A stretch of 63,988 nt of DNA, counting the filler, from Octopus bimaculoides (Eukaryota): assembly GCF_001194135.2 (NCBI RefSeq). It is 10 parts of 8 records of this genome, joined end to end, with 100 filler letters (N's around TTAATTAATTAA, not from the genome) between each part and the next. Parts side by side here need not be neighbours in the genome. Positions count along the whole stretch, not along the records: positions 40,968 to 49,906 come from NC_068982.1; positions 50,007 to 56,162 come from NC_068984.1; positions 56,263 to 61,254 come from NC_068983.1; positions 61,355 to 62,848 come from NC_068990.1; positions 62,949 to 63,988 come from NW_026412855.1; 5 more parts are not named here. One strand, 5' to 3'. Shown here piece after piece: positions 49,456 through 63,042 of the stretch. Position numbers and translations under genes: made by a program. The notes beneath the pieces are model-generated. The model saw only the letters and a program-made list of their open reading frames with translations. It searched no databases and was not told the DNA's origin. How positions within the stretch are numbered: the stretch's first letter is position 1; each line of letters opens with the position of its first letter.

Positions 49456-49906
49456 AGATAAAGCCAATGAAATAAGAGAACTAGATCACTAGATAAAGCC
49501 AATGAAATAAGAGAACTAGACACTAGATAAAGCCAATGAAATAAGAGAACTAGACGAAAACCAACCATGTAAATATTTAGGAGTCAATGAACTAGATAGG
49601 ATACAACATACACAAATGAAAGAAAAAATAAAGAAAGAGTACTATAGACGAGTTAGATCAATACTAAAAACAGAGCTCAATGCTAAAAACAAGATAATGG
49701 GTATCAACACTTTACCTGTCCCACTTATAAGCTACAGCTACAACATCCTTAACTGGACACTAAACGAACTATCTAAAATAGACAGGAAAACAAGAAAAAT
49801 AATGACAGGATATAGAATGCACCACCCAAAATCTGACATAGAAAGGCTATATATACAACGCACAGAAGGTGGCAGGGGTCTTATACAGCTGGAAAACTAT
49901 TATAAA
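49452..49906 (+). pseudogene. Second R4/Dong-clade RT fragment, 5' truncated
   Basis: CKYLGVNE...KKEYYRRVRSILKTELNAKNK...HHPKSDIERLYIQRTEGGRGL. Confidence 0.88.
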
Positions 49907-50025
49907 NNNNNNNNNNNNNNNNNNNNNNNNNNNNNNNNNNNNNNNNNNNNTTAATTAATTAANNNNNNNNNNNNNNNNNNNNNNNNNNNNNNNNNNNNNN
50001 NNNNNNGGGTGTTGGTCTTAATAAA

Positions 50026-50939
50026 AAGAAACCGGGTCCCTGAGGTAAAGTCTGTTTTTATTGATCCAGAAGGCAGGCTGGTCGTCCTGGATTTGACATT
50101 CAGTTGTGGTAAGACAGTCAGGTTGGTCGCAATTTATGCACCCAATTCAATTGGTTCACAGAGTCGATATTTCCGTGACCTCGGGAAATTTCTTTCGACG
50201 TTGCATTCTTTAGTCGTGTTAGGTGACTTCAACACAATTGACGATGCGCGTGTTGATTGTGTTGGCTCGCAGACAGATAGAACAGCAAATCCTGACTTTC
50301 GGGACCTGCTCAGCCACTTTCAGCTGATAGACCCGTATAGACTGGAACACCCAAACGCTCCACAGTGGACGTGGTCAAATAGCAATGGGTCTTCCAGGTC
50401 TTATCTAGATAGGATATTGATAAGAAAAGTAGATAAAGACATATTTAAGTGTCCACAGTTTTACCCAGTCAGCTACAGTGACCACAAGATGGTCACAAAC
50501 GAGCTGACTGTAGATAAGATGTATAGACAGGGATCTGGCTACTTGAAACTCAATAAGTCCTTATTGGAAAACGAGGAGTACAGAAAGCGGATCAAGTTAA
50601 TTATTCAAAGGGCACTTACAGGTGCCATCATTAATAATAAATGGTGGTACGCCCTTAAGCAAGCCATAAAGTACGAGTCAATTAGATTTAGTCTAGGCAT
50701 AGCTAAGAAGGAACGTAGTATAGGAGATGGCCTAGCTAAGGAGTTAGTTAAAAACCATGGAGAATGGTAATGTGGGCCAAGTGAAGGCCAAGAGACTGGA
50801 ACTAAACCAGCATCTCGAAAAACAACACATGGGAAGTATTATTAGAGCAAAAATTCGTGCAATGGGTTGTGAAGGAATCAAAGCTGCCAGATGGGCCCGA
50901 GTGGTGGAGGCTCAACGGAGTAATGACTCCATCATTCGG
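50026..50939 (+). pseudogene. Tx1/L1-group endonuclease fragment, well preserved
   Basis: AIYAPN, LGDFN, WTW, YLDRIL and SDHKMV motifs in one open frame; bounded by gaps. Confidence 0.88.
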
Positions 50940-51040
50940 NNNNNNNNNNNNNNNNNNNNNNNNNNNNNNNNNNNNNNNNNNNNNNNNNNNNNNNNNNNNN
51001 NNNNNNNNNNNNNNNNNNNNNNNNNNNNNNNNNNNNNNNT

Positions 51041-52282
51041 CAAAATTTCTGATCTAAGCGTCTTAATATGTTTTCAGCAGTGTAGAATTCACAATGTAAT
51101 TATTCCTTTTCATTCCAGGTGCCATTATATTAAACATATGCTAAGAGTAAGCATGCCATGCACAAAAAATTCAGCAGAACTGTCAGACTTTCAAAGAGCT
51201 CATATTGTTGTGCAATCTGAGGCTGGTCTTAGCCAGTGAAAAATTGCCGAAAATCTTCAAATTCCTCTTGCTACAGTTAATAGAATTATAGTGCAATTCA
51301 AAAGTCAAGGAAAAGAATCAACAGATTCTCATCCTGACCTGGGTCCTCGGAAAGGAAGCTTCACTGTTTGAAGAGAATTGTGGAAAAAAAAACCCTGTTT
51401 GAAGGCTTCTGACATTGCAAAACACCTAGAAGTTAGTCCAAGATCGTGTTTTACATATCTGCATAAGCTTGGGTATTATGGACAAGCAGCTAGAAGAAAA
51501 CCTCTCCTTCAACCAATTAATATCATGAAAAGAAAGAAATGGGCTAAAGAGATGTCAGAAAATCAATCCAGTTCATTTTGGCATAGAGTGATTTTCTCAG
51601 ATGAATCCAGATTTTCATTATTTTCAGACAGTGGACGTGTTTGGGTCTGGAGGCTTCCCAATCAACAATTTGATTTGAAACGAGTCCAACCAACTGTGAT
51701 ATATGGCAGTATCTCTATAATGGTATGGGGAGCTGTCTCCAGCAATGGTCGTTATGAACTGATCGAATGTGTTGGAACCATAAACTCTGAAAAATACATC
51801 GAAATACTTAAGCAAGGACTACTTCCGATGTGCTCACACAATAACATAATGAAAAATGAGTTTTTATTCATGGAAGTTGGGGCTCCATGCCACACAGCAA
51901 AAAAAAAAATCAACAATGGCTGACTGAAAATGGGATGCAAAAGCTTCCTTGGCCGAGCAAATCTCCTGACATGAACCCAATTGAAAATCTTTGGAACATA
52001 CTAAATAGAGCTATAAGAAAAACTTGACAGATACCTAAATCTAAAAATGAATTGTTTCAATTGTTGCATGAAAAATGGGTAGAAATTCCATAAGAAACAA
52101 TCACAAAGTTCATCAGTTCAATGCCAAAAAGAGTTTCTGAATTAAACACTGCAAAGGAAATGTCAACTAAATATTAAAGTATGTAGTCCTACCTATCAAT
52201 TACATTTCAATTGTTCGCTTTGCGTATTAAATGAAAGATTTTGAAAATTAAAAGGTGTCTATTTACTTCCCGCATGTCTGTG
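51041..52282 (+). mobile_element. Tc1-like (DD34E-type) transposon; near-complete but inactive transposase at 51153-52177
   Basis: RRKPLL, VIFSDES, IMVWGA, MEVGAPCHT (second catalytic D appears as V), WPSKSPDMNPIENLW. The 3' end reads ...cgcatgtctgtg followed by TA; the 5' end is in a gap. Confidence 0.9.
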
Positions 52283-54109
52283 TATATGTATGTATTTGTG
52301 TGTGTGTGTGCGTGTGTGTGTGTGTCTTTGTGACTCTGTTTGTCCCACCACCATCATTTGACAACTAATGCTGGTGTGGTTATGTCTTCATAGCATAGCA
52401 GTTCAGCAAAAGAGACTGATAGAACGAGTACCAGGCTCAAAAAGAGAAAGTACTTGGCTTGATTCAATTGACTAAAAATTCTTGAAAGTCGTGCCCCAGG
52501 ATAGCCGCAGTCTAATGACTTAGACAAGTAAGAGATAGAAGATATGTATGTGTGTGTGTGTGTATGTAGACTTAAAAGATAAGCCCTGAGGTCAATTTCT
52601 TCCACTAAAACTGTTTAAGGTGGTGCTGCAGTATGGCCACAGTCAAATGAGTAAAAGAATAACAAAATTACTTATGATAGGATAGTTTGAATGGCAAGAA
52701 GTTAAATATCTTAATTTTTGAGAGCATTTCATTGGGAGTCTAGGTCCTTGTAGGTAAAGGTGTAGATAAGCAGCAGCAGAGGACATACTGAAGTTTCTGG
52801 CCAGGGTTCAATACCATCCTGTGCAGAGCCAAATGGTTTTTCACTTACTTTTTGTTTCTACATCTGCAAAAATATAAAATTATATAATAATAATAAATGT
52901 AGGAGTAGCTGTATGGTAAGAATCTTGTTTCCCAACCTTTCTGGGTTCAGTCCCACTGCTTGGCACCTTGGACAAGTCCTTCTCTGTAGGCTCAGACTGG
53001 CCAAAGACTTGCGAGTGGATTTGGTAGACAGAAACTGAAAGAAGCCAGTTGCATGTGTGTGTGCTGGGAAAGATGAGATATTTAAATCTATTTTTATTNN
53101 NNNNNNNNNNNNNNNNNNNNNNNNNNNNNNNNNNNNNNNNNNNNNNNNNNNNNNNNNNNNNNNNNNNNNNNNNNNNNNNNNNNNNNNNNNNNNNNNNNNN
53201 NNNNNNNNNNNNNNNNNNNNNNNNNNNNNNNNNNNNNNNNNNNNNNNNNNNNNNNNNNNNNNNNNNNNNNNNNNNNNNNNNNNNNNNNNNNNNNNNNNNN
53301 NNNNNNNNNNNNNNNNNNNNNNNNNNNNNNNNNNNNNNNNNNNNNNNNNNNNNNNNNNNNNNNNNNNNNNNNNNNNNNNNNNNNNNNNNNNNNNNNNNNN
53401 NNNNNNNNNNNNNNNNNNNNNNNNNNNNNNNNNNNNNNNNNNNNNNNNNNNNNNNNNNNNNNNNNNNNNNNNNNNNNNNNNNNNNNNNNNNNNNNNNNNN
53501 NNNNNNNNNNNNNNNNNNNNNNNNNNNNNNNNNNNNNNNNNNNNNNNNNNNNNNNNNNNNNNNNNNNNNNNNNNNNNNNNNNNNNNNNNNNNNNNNNNNN
53601 NNNNNNNNNNNNNNNNNNNNNNNNNNNNNNNNNNNNNNNNNNNNNNNNNNNNNNNNNNNNNNNNNNNNNNNNNNNNNNNNNNNNNNNNNNNNNNNNNNNN
53701 NNNNNNNNNNNNNNNNNNNNNNNNNNNNNNNNNNNNNNNNNNNNNNNNNNNNNNNNNNNNNNNNNNNNNNNNNNNNNNNNNNNNNNNNNNNNNNNNNNNN
53801 NNNNNNNNNNNNNNNNNNNNNNNNNNNNNNNNNNNNNNNNNNNNNNNNNNNNNNNNNNNNNNATGCAATGCTATTGAACTAATTATAAATACCTTTATTC
53901 AGAAGGTCGTCTCTGCAGCAACAAGAACAAGCTTAAAAATAGGATATTTATTTAAATCTATTCTCAATAATGATCTGATGCTGTGTTAGATTTAAATATC
54001 TCATTTTTTACTGAACCCAGAAGTGGGAGACCCAGTAAACCAGTGGGTTAATGGCATGGTGAGGCAGAACAACAGCTAAGATGCGAGATTCTGTCCATGG
54101 TTCAATAAT

Positions 54110-54965
54110 GCGCAATATTATCCAACTCTCTTTCTTGGTCTACCCTAGGTCCACAACTTGTTGTTGGGGCAGAATCCTCAAGTACCTCCGCCATAGGGTC
54201 CTATCAGAAGCAACTGTCATTAGACCTTGTAGATGGATTCCCAAGCATGACCAACACAGGCTATGGATGTTAACCAACCATTTCATTCTTGGCCTACCCC
54301 TTGGTCTCCTATCTGCAGAGGGAGTAGAGTCCTCAAGCACCTTCTCCACAGGGTCCTTCTTGTTTTTGGTCTACCCCTTGGTCTCCTGCCAGTTGGCTCG
54401 GCTTGAAGAATCCGTCTTAAGACCCTTTCTTGCAACATTTTAATTACATGTCTGTACTACCGCACAGGTGACTTCTTAATATGGAGCGGTAGATGCACAG
54501 GGTGTAGCGACTCCCTGATCAACAAGCTACATACCCTGTGGAATAACTTTCCTGCAGACACCTTTCGGAGGAAAACCATTTTGGCTGATTGTATTCTCGA
54601 TCCTGCTCTTTCGGTCATTATTCAACACTCATGACAGAAATTCCATGTCGTCTGCAAATATCAGCTAAGCCATTCAATGAATGCTGGAGATTATCTTCTG
54701 ATGAACCAAGTAGCACCATTTGTCTTCAAATATCAGCTAACCAACCCGATCATTGTGATACCATTTCCACAACTGCTGCACATGTTAATCCAGTTATGAA
54801 AGCTATGAAGAAGAGAGGTAATGATATATATATTCCTGCTGAGTCTAACACCCACGTTGAAAGCCTTTGACTTAGCACCGTCTGGGCATTTGTATAGGGA
54901 CTTCATGGCAACCAGAAGCTGCCCATTAATCCCAAAGTCCTGAAAACACTCCACAGCATGTCCTG
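54110..54965 (-). pseudogene. Decayed RTE-clade LINE (RT to C-terminus)
   Basis: FGINGQLLVAMKSLY; RRPRGRPRMKW...ASDRTLWRR. Confidence 0.7.
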
Positions 54966-55595
54966 AGGGTGTATGTTTTTTGAAAGTTTACAAAGCAAAG
55001 TTGCATCATGTCTGCAAATATCAGACGGCCGTGAACGTTACTGGAATAATATTTTGCACAGTCTTCCTTTTATCATTTATCCTACACTTGTTTCAGTTAT
55101 CAAACTGTGGCCATGCTACAGCGCCTCCTTGAAGTATATAAGAATAAACATTATTTTCCATCTTCTTGTTTAGTGTTGTTTCAAAACAAATATATATTTT
55201 ATGGTTTATTAATTATTGTTTATATTTTGAATTATATATATAAGTGGGTACCAAAAATCTATTAAATTCTAAGGGCTTCATCAGGTCTTAATGCGGCCCT
55301 GGTCTTGGATTTGACTTTAAACTTGCTAAAATAATATTCCATGTGGTTTATATGATCGGAAATGTAATATCGATGTGTTCGTAGTGCCATTGTGAGGATC
55401 TGATCAAACATTTTGCATTACCTCCCATAATTCTATTAACTGGAAATTTTTTTTTTGTGAAACTTTGATTTCTAGCATAAAACAGCCTTAGAAACACGCT
55501 GGAATGATCAAAATAACATTTTAAATAGAAATAAGCGAGATATTGGGTGAAAAATTAGCAAACCTCATTTGAATATCAGAGAAATATACTTAGAT

Positions 55596-55977
55596 GTGGA
55601 GGCGCAATGGCCCAGTGGTTAAGGCAGCGGACTGGCGGTCATAGGATTGCGGTTTCGATTCCCAGACCAGGTGTTGTGAGTGTTTATTGAGCAAAAACAC
55701 TTAAAGCTCCATGAGGCTCCAGCAGGGGATGGTAACGAACCCTGCTGTACTCTTTCACCTCAACTTTCTCTCACTCTTACATCCTGTTTCTGTTGTGCCT
55801 GGAATTCAAAGGGTCAGCCTTGTCACACTGTGTCACGCTGAATATCCCCGAGAACTACGTTATGGGTACACGTTCTGTGGAGTGCTCAGCCACTTGCACG
55901 TTAATTTCACGAGCAGGTTGTTCCGTTGATCGGATAAACTGGAACCCTCGACGTCGTAAGCGACGGAGTGCCAACAC
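55596..55977 (+). mobile_element. tRNA-derived SINE (family C)
   Basis: ggcgcaatggcccagtggttaagg...ggtttcgattcc head followed by a body not shared with the other families. Confidence 0.7.
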
Positions 55978-56299
55978 ATACCTAGTAGATATAGCAAAAA
56001 GGTTAGATATGTGTAAATATTGACAGATAATTACAAAATTTGTAATGGGTTAAAAACGAGTAGGAGAAAATTTTTCGAATATAAATGAAACGGAAGTATA
56101 CAAAAATACACATTATTTTCCATCTTACTGAGTTTTGTTCTAAGCACTTTGCTGAGAGTACTNNNNNNNNNNNNNNNNNNNNNNNNNNNNNNNNNNNNNN
56201 NNNNNNTTAATTAATTAANNNNNNNNNNNNNNNNNNNNNNNNNNNNNNNNNNNNNNNNNNNNATATATATATATATATATATATATACATGCTACAATG

Positions 56300-57714
56300 C
56301 CTCTGTGCATTGCAGTGTAGGGCCAATCCTCCAAAAAGATGATTCCCTTACTGGAACCCAATGAGGATGCGCAAGACACTGAATGAACAGTTCGAAAGTG
56401 TTTTCACGGAACTTGTAATTTAGCAAACCTAAACGGGAGGCAGTTACAAATGATTGCATCAACATCGAAGAAAAGGATGTAATGCTAGCAATAGATGATA
56501 TAGATTGCCCTGATGGATTCCCAACAATCCTTCTTAAGTCATTGCAAAACAATTGCAGCTACTTTTTCAGAGCTTCCTCGCAAATGGTAAGCTCCCGGAC
56601 AAACTAAAGAAGGGAATAACATGCCCTATCCATAAAGGAGGAAGCAGAGCAGATGCTCTGAAATGAATAATTAGAAGGAAATTAATTGCATTCTTTGAAG
56701 AGAATGACATGCTGACTGACGTCCAGCATGGTTTTCGATCAGGTAGAAGCTGCTTGACACAGCTCTTGCGGCATTATGACTAGGTGCTAAAGCAGCTGCT
56801 CAACAACACAAACGTGGACGTGACATACATCTGGAAAACTTGGAGAATGGTTACATAACTTTCTAAAAGATAGAAGTCAGGTAGTGGTGGTTAATGGACC
56901 TCTGAGGAAACACAAAAAATTAGTGTTCCACAGTGCATTGTCCTGGGGCCGCTGCTATTCAGAGTAGCCCTCTCTGACATACCCTCAGCTGCTCAAGTAG
57001 CCACCCTTGCTAATTATGCAGACGATACCAAAGTCTCTCAGAGGAGTTGGATGCAATATACAGGTAGGCTGAGGAAAATAACATGCAATTTAATGCAGGA
57101 AAATTCGAAGCCCTGCGCTACCAACACAAGAAGCTCAATGAAAGCAGATAGGATACACTATCCCAGGAAGGATTCCAATTTCCGAACCAATAATATTAGT
57201 GCGTGACCTGGGCATCGACATGAGTAATGATGCATCTTTTCAGGTGCACATTACCAAGTGGGCAATAAAATGCAGACGCTTGGTCGGATGGATCCTTCGA
57301 ACGTTCAAAACAAGGGAAAAAGAAGCCATGGAAGACTTTTGTTCTCAACCGTCTGACTCACTGTTCCTAACTGCGGTCACCAAACAGTACAAAATTAATG
57401 ACAGAACTCGAGGCGACCCAGCAAAGCTACACAGAGAAGATCGACACAATGCGACATAACAGTTACTGGGTGAGACTGAAAGAGTTAAGACTTTACTCCT
57501 TGGAGCAAAGGGGAGAAAGATATGCAGTAATATACATCGGGAAAGTTCTAGAAAAACTTGTGCTAAACTTTGGCAATGTCATTTACATAAACAACAGGAC
57601 GGGACGCCATTGTATAATACCAAAAACCCCAATATTGACATCAGGATACAGAACCAGAAACTGCAACAGCTTGGGCTCCAAATGTCCACAGCTCTTCAAT
57701 ATCCTCTCACAAAG
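56300..57714 (+). pseudogene. Decayed CR1-group LINE ORF2
   Basis: PIHKGGSR, QHGFRSGRSCLTQL, YADDTK, RDLGI, and YWVRLKELRLYSLEQR. Confidence 0.85.
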
Positions 57715-59447
57715 CCCGTACGACTTGTTGCGGTTTAGCTATCCACCTTAGAGGTATTACTAAAAATATAGATATATCGGGCAGGGAATCGTTAATTAGT
57801 AATAAAATTAATAATCAACAATTTTGCCCGGTAGCTCAGTTCTGTGTGTACCGCAACAAGTCGTACGGGACTTTTTTCTATGCGGGACTATTTATGACAC
57901 ACACTGAATTAAATTCATTGGGGTGAGAGATTTTAAACTCACTGGCCGATAAATTTCTTAATGTCTGCCTCACGTGGTCTTGATGTCGCATGGTCAAAAN
58001 NNNNNNNNNNNNNNNNNNNNNNNNNNNNNNNNNNNNNNNNNNNNNNNNNNNNNNNNNNNNNNNNNNNNNNNNNNNNNNNNNNNNNNNNNNNNNNNNNNNN
58101 NNNNNNNNNNNNNNNNNNNNNNNNNNNNNNNNNNNNNNNNNNNNNNNNNNNNNNNNNNNNNNNNNNNNNNNNNNNNNNNNNNNNNNNNNNNNNNNNNNNN
58201 NNNNNNNNNNNNNNNNNNNNNNNNNNNNNNNNNNNNNNNNNNNNNNNNNNNNNNNNNNNNNNNNNNNNNNNNNNNNNNNNNNNNNNNNNNNNNNNNNNNN
58301 NNNNNNNNNNNNNNNNNNNNNNNNNNNNNNNNNNNNNNNNNNNNNNNNNNNNNNNNNNNNNNNNNNNNNNNNNNNNNNNNNNNNNNNNNNNNNNNNNNNN
58401 NNNNNNNNNNNNNNNNNNNNNNNNNNNNNNNNNNNNNNNNNNNNNNNNNNNNNNNNNNNNNNTATATACTTCTCTGTACTTCTCTTCACTCCTACTTCTC
58501 TTCACACCTACTCTTTCTCTCTTCTCTCTTACTCTCTTTCTCCTCGCTTTCTCCCTCCTCCCATACCCACCTTCCCCCTCTGTTATATTCACCTTTCCTC
58601 TCCCCCCTTCATCGTCACCCCTCCCCATTCATCGTCACCCTCCCTCATAAACTCATCCCACCCAAACACACTCCTACTCTACCTTCCCATCCGACCCCAT
58701 CCGATTCCCTTACACCCACCCCAACCTCTGCCTACCCACATACCCCTACCTCTACCCCCACCCTCAGCCTAACCGACACACCACCCATGCTTTCCCCACT
58801 CTCACATCACACCACGCTACACCATATCACACAACACATCACTTCACAACACACCNNNNNNNNNNNNNNNNNNNNNNNNNNNNNNNNNNNNNNNNNNNNN
58901 NNNNNNNNNNNNNNNNNNNNNNNNNNNNNNNNNNNNNNNNNNNNNNNNNNNNNNNNNNNNNNNNNNNNNNNNNNNNNNNNNNNNNNNNNNNNNNNNNNNN
59001 NNNNNNNNNNNNNNNNNNNNNNNNNNNNNNNNNNNNNNNNNNNNNNNNNNNNNNNNNNNNNNNNNNNNNNNNNNNNNNNNNNNNNNNNNNNNNNNNNNNN
59101 NNNNNNNNNNNNNNNNNNNNNNNNNNNNNNNNNNNNNNNNNNNNNNNNNNNNNNNNNNNNNNNNNNNNNNNNNNNNNNNNNNNNNNNNNNNNNNNNNNNN
59201 NNNNNNNNNNNNNNNNNNNNNNNNNNNNNNNNNNNNNNNNNNNNNNNNNNNNNNNNNNNNNNNNNNNNNNNNNNNNNNNNNNNNNNNNNNNNNNNNNNNN
59301 NNNNNNNNNNNNNNNNNNNNNNNNNNNNNNNNNNNNNNNNNNNNNNNNNNNNNNNNNNNNNNNNNNNNNNNNNNNNNNNNNNNNNNNNNNNNNNNNNNNN
59401 NNNNNNNNNATATATATATATATATATATACATACACACATATGTAA

Positions 59448-59490
<43 letters not shown>

Positions 59491-59895
59491 CATATATACA
59501 TACATACATACATACATACATTGCACGCATGCGAGCATATGTATGTGTTTATGTGTGTATGTATATGTTCATAACAGCCCTAAACATGCTTATGGTATTT
59601 TTCTCGTTCTTGTATCCTTTTGTCTTCTATAAATTAGTTATTCTACAAATAGAAGCTAATAAAATAGTACTGTGCTCGGTATGACCAACAAAATCCCTGA
59701 TGGCGATAGTATAATGACTGAAACCAGCTAACAAATCTGTGGATTTTAAACTTATTTTATTTCATATTGTGTTTACTGAATAATGGGGGATTTTGCAGGT
59801 TTCCGTAAGACAATCATTGCCTCTGTTCTTGAGTAATCTCGAGTAATCTTTTCTTATTTCGTATCCATATCCTATTGAGTACGCACGCACGCACG

Positions 59896-59926
<31 letters not shown>

Positions 59927-60708
59927 ACACACACAAAGACACACATAAACACACTTACATGCATGTACATACACACAGTACATATAACACACAGACACAC
60001 ACACACAAAACACACACATACGCACACGTCTATTTATATTCATACACAATATGTATGCAGGTATTTATATTTATGTGCGCATGTACATGTGTGCGTGCGC
60101 GTACGCGTTCATGTGCATGTGTGTATGTGTGTGTAGTGTATGTGCGTATGTGAGTGTGAATGTGTATGAGCGTGTGTGTGTGTTACTGTATGTGTATGTG
60201 TGTGTGTGAGTGCGCGCGCGCGTGAGTGTGTGCGCGCGCGTATGTGTGTGAATGTGAGTGTGTGATTGTGCGTGTATATGTGTGTGCGTGTGTGTGTGTG
60301 TATGTGTGTGTGTGTGTATGTGTGTGTGTGTATGTGTGTGTATGTGTGTGTGTGTGTGTGTGTGTATGTGTTGGTTGTTTTGTATGTAAACTTTGCTGTT
60401 ACTAATTTATTCTTACTCTGCTTGTTGTTATTGCTGTTGTTGTTGTTGTTGTTGTTATTGTTGTTTGCTGTTGTTATTGCTGATGGTTGCTGTTGTCGTT
60501 ACTGTTACGTTCCGTTTTTGTTTCTAAAGATAAGGTCAGTATATTTTAAATAACAATGATAACATGTTGAAATACTTATAATGGAATTAATGTAGAGATA
60601 AGGCATTTGCTGCCTTCAAAAGGTTTCCACATGAGCGGCATGAGAAATCGAAATGCGTATGCATAATTAATATTACGTTCATATAAACTTAACGTATATC
60701 ATATGCAC

Positions 60709-60746
<38 letters not shown>

Positions 60747-60862
60747 NNNNNNNNNNCATACGCACACACACACACACACACATTCAATATATAGTATATA
60801 TATGTCTGTGTGTGTATGTGTGTGTGTGTGTGAGTGTATGTGTGTGTGAGAGAGTGTATGTG

Positions 60863-61205
60863 TGTATGTCCGTGAAGGCGCATGCTTCGGTGGTTAGAGC
60901 GTCGGGCTCAGAATTATGAGGTAGTGAGTTCGATTCCTGGACCGGGCTGTGTGTTGTGTTCTTGTGCAAGACACTTTATTTTACGTTGCTCCAGTTCAGA
61001 AATGATTTGCGACGTCACTGGTGCCAAGCTGCATCGGCTTTTACCTTTCCCTTGGGTAACATCGGTGGCACAGAGAGGAAGGGATGGAGTGGGGTGGTAT
61101 GCATGGGTGACTGCTATTCTTTCATAAATAGCCTTGCCCGGACTCGTACTTTGGAGGGTAATTTTCTCGGTGCAATCTCATGGCCATTCATGACCGATGG
61201 GGGTC
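60863..61205 (+). mobile_element. tRNA-derived SINE (family D)
   Basis: gtggttagagcg...gagttcgattcc head; collinear with 8140-8490. Confidence 0.75.
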
Positions 61206-61377
61206 TTTGTATGTGTATGTGTGTGTGTATATGTATATATATATATATATATATNNNNNNNNNNNNNNNNNNNNNNNNNNNNNNNNNNNNNNNNNNNNTT
61301 AATTAATTAANNNNNNNNNNNNNNNNNNNNNNNNNNNNNNNNNNNNNNNNNNNNGAATTTATATATGTATATATATA

Positions 61378-61521
61378 GGTGCAGGAGTGGCTGTGTGGTA
61401 AGTAGCTTGCTTACCAACCACAAGTTCTGGCACCTTGGGAAGGAGTCTTCTACTATAGCCTCAGGCCGACCAAAGTATTGTGAGTGGATTTGCTAGTTGG
61501 AAACTCAAAGAAGCCCATCGC

Positions 61522-61559
<38 letters not shown>

Positions 61560-61755
61560 ATTTGTGTGCTTGTGTTTGTCCCCCACCATCACTTGACAAC
61601 CGATGTTGGTGCGTTTACGTCACCATAACTTAGCGGTTAGCAAAAGAGACCGATAGAATAAGTACTAAGCTTACAAAGAATAAGTCCTGGAGTCGATTTG
61701 CTCGACTAAAGATGGTGTTCAAGCATGGCCACAGTCAATGACTGAAACAAATAAA
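61378..61755 (+). mobile_element. SINE family A, near full length
   Basis: Head, core, (TA)(TG)n and tail. Confidence 0.85.
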
Positions 61756-62717
61756 ATATTTAAAAAATATATATATAAGACAAGGTATAAATAATGGTCT
61801 ACTAAATGCACTCACAAGGCTTTGGTTGGCCTGAGGCTATAATAGAAGAGACTTGCCCAAGGTGCCATGCAGTAGGACTGAACCTGGAACCATGTGGCTG
61901 GTAAGTAAGCTACTTACCACACAACCATCCTGCATATAATTTTCTTTTGATTTTCCTTCTTTTGTTATATATATTTTACTATATATAGATATAGATATAA
62001 ATCATCATCATCATTTAACATCCTTCTTTTGGTGCTGGCAAGACATACATACACACATGCATACATACATACACATATACATACATACATACATACACAT
62101 CAGCCTATCTTAACAATTCTTCACTAACCTTCTACTTAATTCTTTTTCCCACTCGTTGCTCCATCTCAAACAATACTTTTCATCTTTCTGTTCTCATATT
62201 TTCCACCACCTTCACCTCTTCCATTTCATCCCTCTCTGCCTCTCTCCATCACTGCTGCCTCCCTCCTCTTTTTCTGCATTCGGTACAGCTATTCCACCTT
62301 TGTCTTAACTCGTTCTGAAACTCCTCTTTTGCTCATCGTCCCCGTCATCTATTCATTTATACCTTGCACATATATTTTTTCCTCCTATATGTACCATCCT
62401 AATCTACACAGTTCCCTTTACGTTTGTCCCCATCTTCTACACCGACCATTACGTAACAATATTGCCCCCCAAAAACAGTTGTGTTGTTATAGTCTTATAA
62501 TATAAACTTATCTATTTAACACAATCCCAAAATTTTGCCATCTCCTCCGCTTTCCTTTAATCTTACTTTCTATGTGTGAACACACACAGGCACGTGTGTG
62601 TGAGTGTTCTCTTACGTGTATACATATCCTTATATACCTACGTTTGTGTATGCAGATATACATATATATATATATACACATATACATACATACACACATA
62701 TACATACATACACACAT

Positions 62718-62766
<49 letters not shown>

Positions 62767-62948
62767 CATACATATATAATATATATAGTTTGATTATGAT
62801 CTACACACACACACATATATATATGTATATGTATATATATATGCATATNNNNNNNNNNNNNNNNNNNNNNNNNNNNNNNNNNNNNNNNNNNNTTAATTAA
62901 TTAANNNNNNNNNNNNNNNNNNNNNNNNNNNNNNNNNNNNNNNNNNNN

Positions 62949-62970
62949 GAAGAAGAAAAGGAATAATAAT

Positions 62971-63042
<72 letters not shown>

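Noticed and set aside
49452-49554. CRISPR-like 34-bp direct repeats
   Set aside because: No spacers, eukaryotic context, and the unit is part of a retrotransposon RT frame.
59690-59735. CUGAUGG...GAAAC hammerhead-like spacing
   Set aside because: Core mismatch and no helix I pairing.
9011-62904. Nine identical TTAATTAATTAA islands that look like a regularly recurring motif or repeat array
   Set aside because: Each is centred in an N block of about 100 bp; this is a scaffolding marker, not biology.
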